Below, piece after piece: positions 24,662 to 25,151 of a DNA stretch of 25,151 nucleotides. This stretch comes from a virus (lineage: Duplodnaviria > Caudoviricetes), in the IMG/VR virus record IMGVR_UViG_3300030376_002826, positions 1 through 25,151 of that record, one strand, 5' to 3'. The position numbers and the translations under genes were made by a program. The notes beneath the pieces were generated by a model. The model was not told where the DNA came from and made no database searches. It saw only the letters and a list, made by a program, of their open reading frames with translations. Within the stretch, counting starts at the first letter, position 1; each line of letters opens with the position of its first letter.

Positions 24662-24906
24662 TGGCATTAGCAAAATCACAGAGAAGTCTTAAAGCTTGGG
24701 GTAAGCAAAAGTGGCGTACTAAATCAGGTAAGAAGTCATCTGTAACTGGTGAAAGATATTTACCATCCGCTGCAATCAAAGCCCTTTCCCCAGCAGAGTA
24801 TGCTGCAACCACTAGGGCAAAACGTAAAGCAAAGAAAGCAGGCAAGCAAGTTAGTAAGCAACCTAAACGTATTGCTAAAAAGACAGCTAAATACAGGAGA
24901 GTATAA
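24661..24906 (+). CDS. 81-aa basic protein, C-terminal half of a DUF5872-like family
   Basis: SQRSLK.W.KQKW.TKSG...ERYLP..A...LS..E...T.R.KR...GKQ; TAATG coupling. Confidence 0.75.
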   Translation: MALAKSQRSLKAWGKQKWRTKSGKKSSVTGERYLPSAAIKALSPAEYAATTRAKRKAKKAGKQVSKQPKRIAKKTAKYRRV

Positions 24907-25151
24907 TGGCTGATAAGCAACCACCCAAAACTAAAAAGTATTTTCGATCTACTAAGTCTGGTGCAGGTATGACCAAAGCAGGTGTAGCTAGATACAGAAG
25001 AGAGAACCCCGGATCTAAACTTAAGACTGCTGTTACTGGCAAAGTAAAAAAAGGTAGTGCAGCAGCTAAAAGAAGAAAGTCATATTGTGCTAGAAGTGCA
25101 GGACAGATGAAGAAGTTTCCGAAGGCAGCAAAGAACCCTAACTCTAGATTG
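24906..25151 (+). CDS. Basic protein, DUF6321-like, 3'-truncated (not in ORF track)
   Basis: MADKQPPKTKKYFRSTKSGAGMTKAGVARYRRENPGSKLKTAVTGKVKKGSAAAKRRKSYCARSAGQMKKFPKAAKNPNSRL; open to window end; TAATG start. Confidence 0.75.
   Translation, partial: MADKQPPKTKKYFRSTKSGAGMTKAGVARYRRENPGSKLKTAVTGKVKKGSAAAKRRKSYCARSAGQMKKFPKAAKNPNSRL

Noticed and set aside
826-24920. All minus-strand ORFs in the track (e.g. 826-1179, 1282-1485, 11606-11959, 24558-24920)
   Set aside because: They are antisense shadows of well-supported + strand genes, with no recognisable motifs.
1-25151. CRISPR array, tRNA, integrase, intron/intein or stop-codon reassignment
   Set aside because: No regularly spaced repeats or cloverleaf found; core genes have normal lengths; TAA, TAG and TGA all end genes at sensible boundaries.

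Overview
A 25-kb, AT-rich late-gene region of a tailed dsDNA phage with podovirus architecture (T7/BPP-1-like head-tail module; the gene families recall marine alphaproteobacterial podophages, which is inference). All credible genes are on the + strand. Order: terminase large subunit (5'-truncated), two short paralogous Pro/Arg-rich ORFs, portal, small conserved ORF, an Sf6-type small-terminase-like gene in an unusual position, scaffold, a structured leader, major capsid, putative decoration protein, tail adaptor and nozzle, GNAT-like and internal virion proteins, repeat-containing tail fibre, LamG and SPRY-like receptor-binding proteins, and a lysis region (membrane proteins, 3-TM holin-like, T4-type lysozyme). 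The window ends in a coupled chain of at least six tiny, extremely basic ORFs, four of them missing from the ORF track. Best leads: (1) the basic mini-protein operon; (2) backbone avoidance of CCWGG/GGWCC, with a LamG/SPRY module that carries these sites but lacks GATC, suggesting recent import; (3) a multi-hairpin leader upstream of the capsid gene; (4) the relocated TerS-like gene. Family names are recognised from memory, not from searches, and motif counts are manual.
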